DNA of 47,900 nucleotides from Octopus bimaculoides (lineage: Eukaryota). The notes under the pieces are model-generated. The model made no database searches, was not told the origin of the DNA, and saw only the letters and a program-made list of their open reading frames with translations. Of the stretch, positions 47,216 to 47,900 are shown one piece after another; the stretch's first letter is position 1; the number at the start of each line of letters is the position of its first letter. A program made the position numbers and the translations under genes. The stretch lies in NCBI RefSeq assembly GCF_001194135.2, contig NC_068982.1:68757862-68805761 (forward strand). Direction: 5' to 3'.

Positions 47216-47900
47216 GTTTATAATATAATGTGTGAATATGTATGTTTGTATGTTTATATATGCCTTTTACCTATCTCTACTTTCAATAGATATAAATAAC
47301 ACTAGAAACACTCATACTACTCCATAATAGTACTTATTAATCCACAGTTTATAATCAGTAACACGTTTGTTTAATGCAGGGTCTACATCTTACCCCTTTA
47401 TTTTTGTCATGCTTAGAAGAACTGAGTCTCATGTAGGCAGTTTATTTACCTCACCTTCTACCCCTTTTCCTAAACCTTATAAGTTACCCTCCACTTTACA
47501 ATAGCTCCTAGGATAATATAATTTAATTTCTATTAGAATAGATATTTGGGTAAAAAATTGTGAACATTTCTCATAATATAGCAAGGGGTTGCCTCCCCTT
47601 AATGGACTTTCGTTTAGAAAGGGACAAAATTAAAGAGTTATTTAACGACAAATTTAAATATGGAAGAAACCTAGAAATGCGGTATTGATCTCCTATTTTT
47701 GACTTTTGTTTGATTTTTGTTTGTTCTCAAATGTATTCCCTGAAGACGTGTAAGGCAACTTATATGTTTGACTTAAATTTGATGGTCAAATATAGCTTTA
47801 TACAGACATAGGAATAAATTACATTAATAATGGATATTAGCGTCAAATCTGTCTCTTAAATTAAAAAATTTTAAACTTTGGATATATATATATATATATA

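Overview
AT-rich, repeat-dense eukaryotic genomic DNA with six assembly gaps. The SINE/RTE repertoire and the (CA)/(TA) microsatellite load suggest a coleoid cephalopod, probably Octopus (inference). The window holds the 3' part of one + strand protein-coding gene, a KIF24-like kinesin-13. I reconstruct it as 8 phase-compatible GT-AG exons (6052-6267, 12628-12715, 17739-17860, 20032-20137, 21432-21613, 24598-26631, 37540-37639, 43028-43195). They run from the P-loop through switch I/II and the KEC motif, a 2-kb low-complexity exon and a C-terminal helical domain to the stop codon. I found no N-terminal exons, which presumably lie upstream. Introns are filled with tRNA-derived SINEs (at least four families), RTE, CR1-group and Hero-like LINE fragments, a Penelope-like element, piggyBac-type and foldback MITEs, Tc1/mariner and pogo fossils, and Helentron/HINE-like elements. 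The most notable observations are: a minimal type I hammerhead ribozyme in sense orientation in the last intron (38388-38438); a second decayed hammerhead upstream of a Penelope-like ORF; several long inverted repeats tightly flanking motor-domain exons (candidate ADAR or back-splicing substrates); and two KIF2-type residues that are each one A-to-I edit away from the vertebrate KIF24 residue. All coordinates, alignments and family assignments were made by eye and from memory of the families, without database searches.
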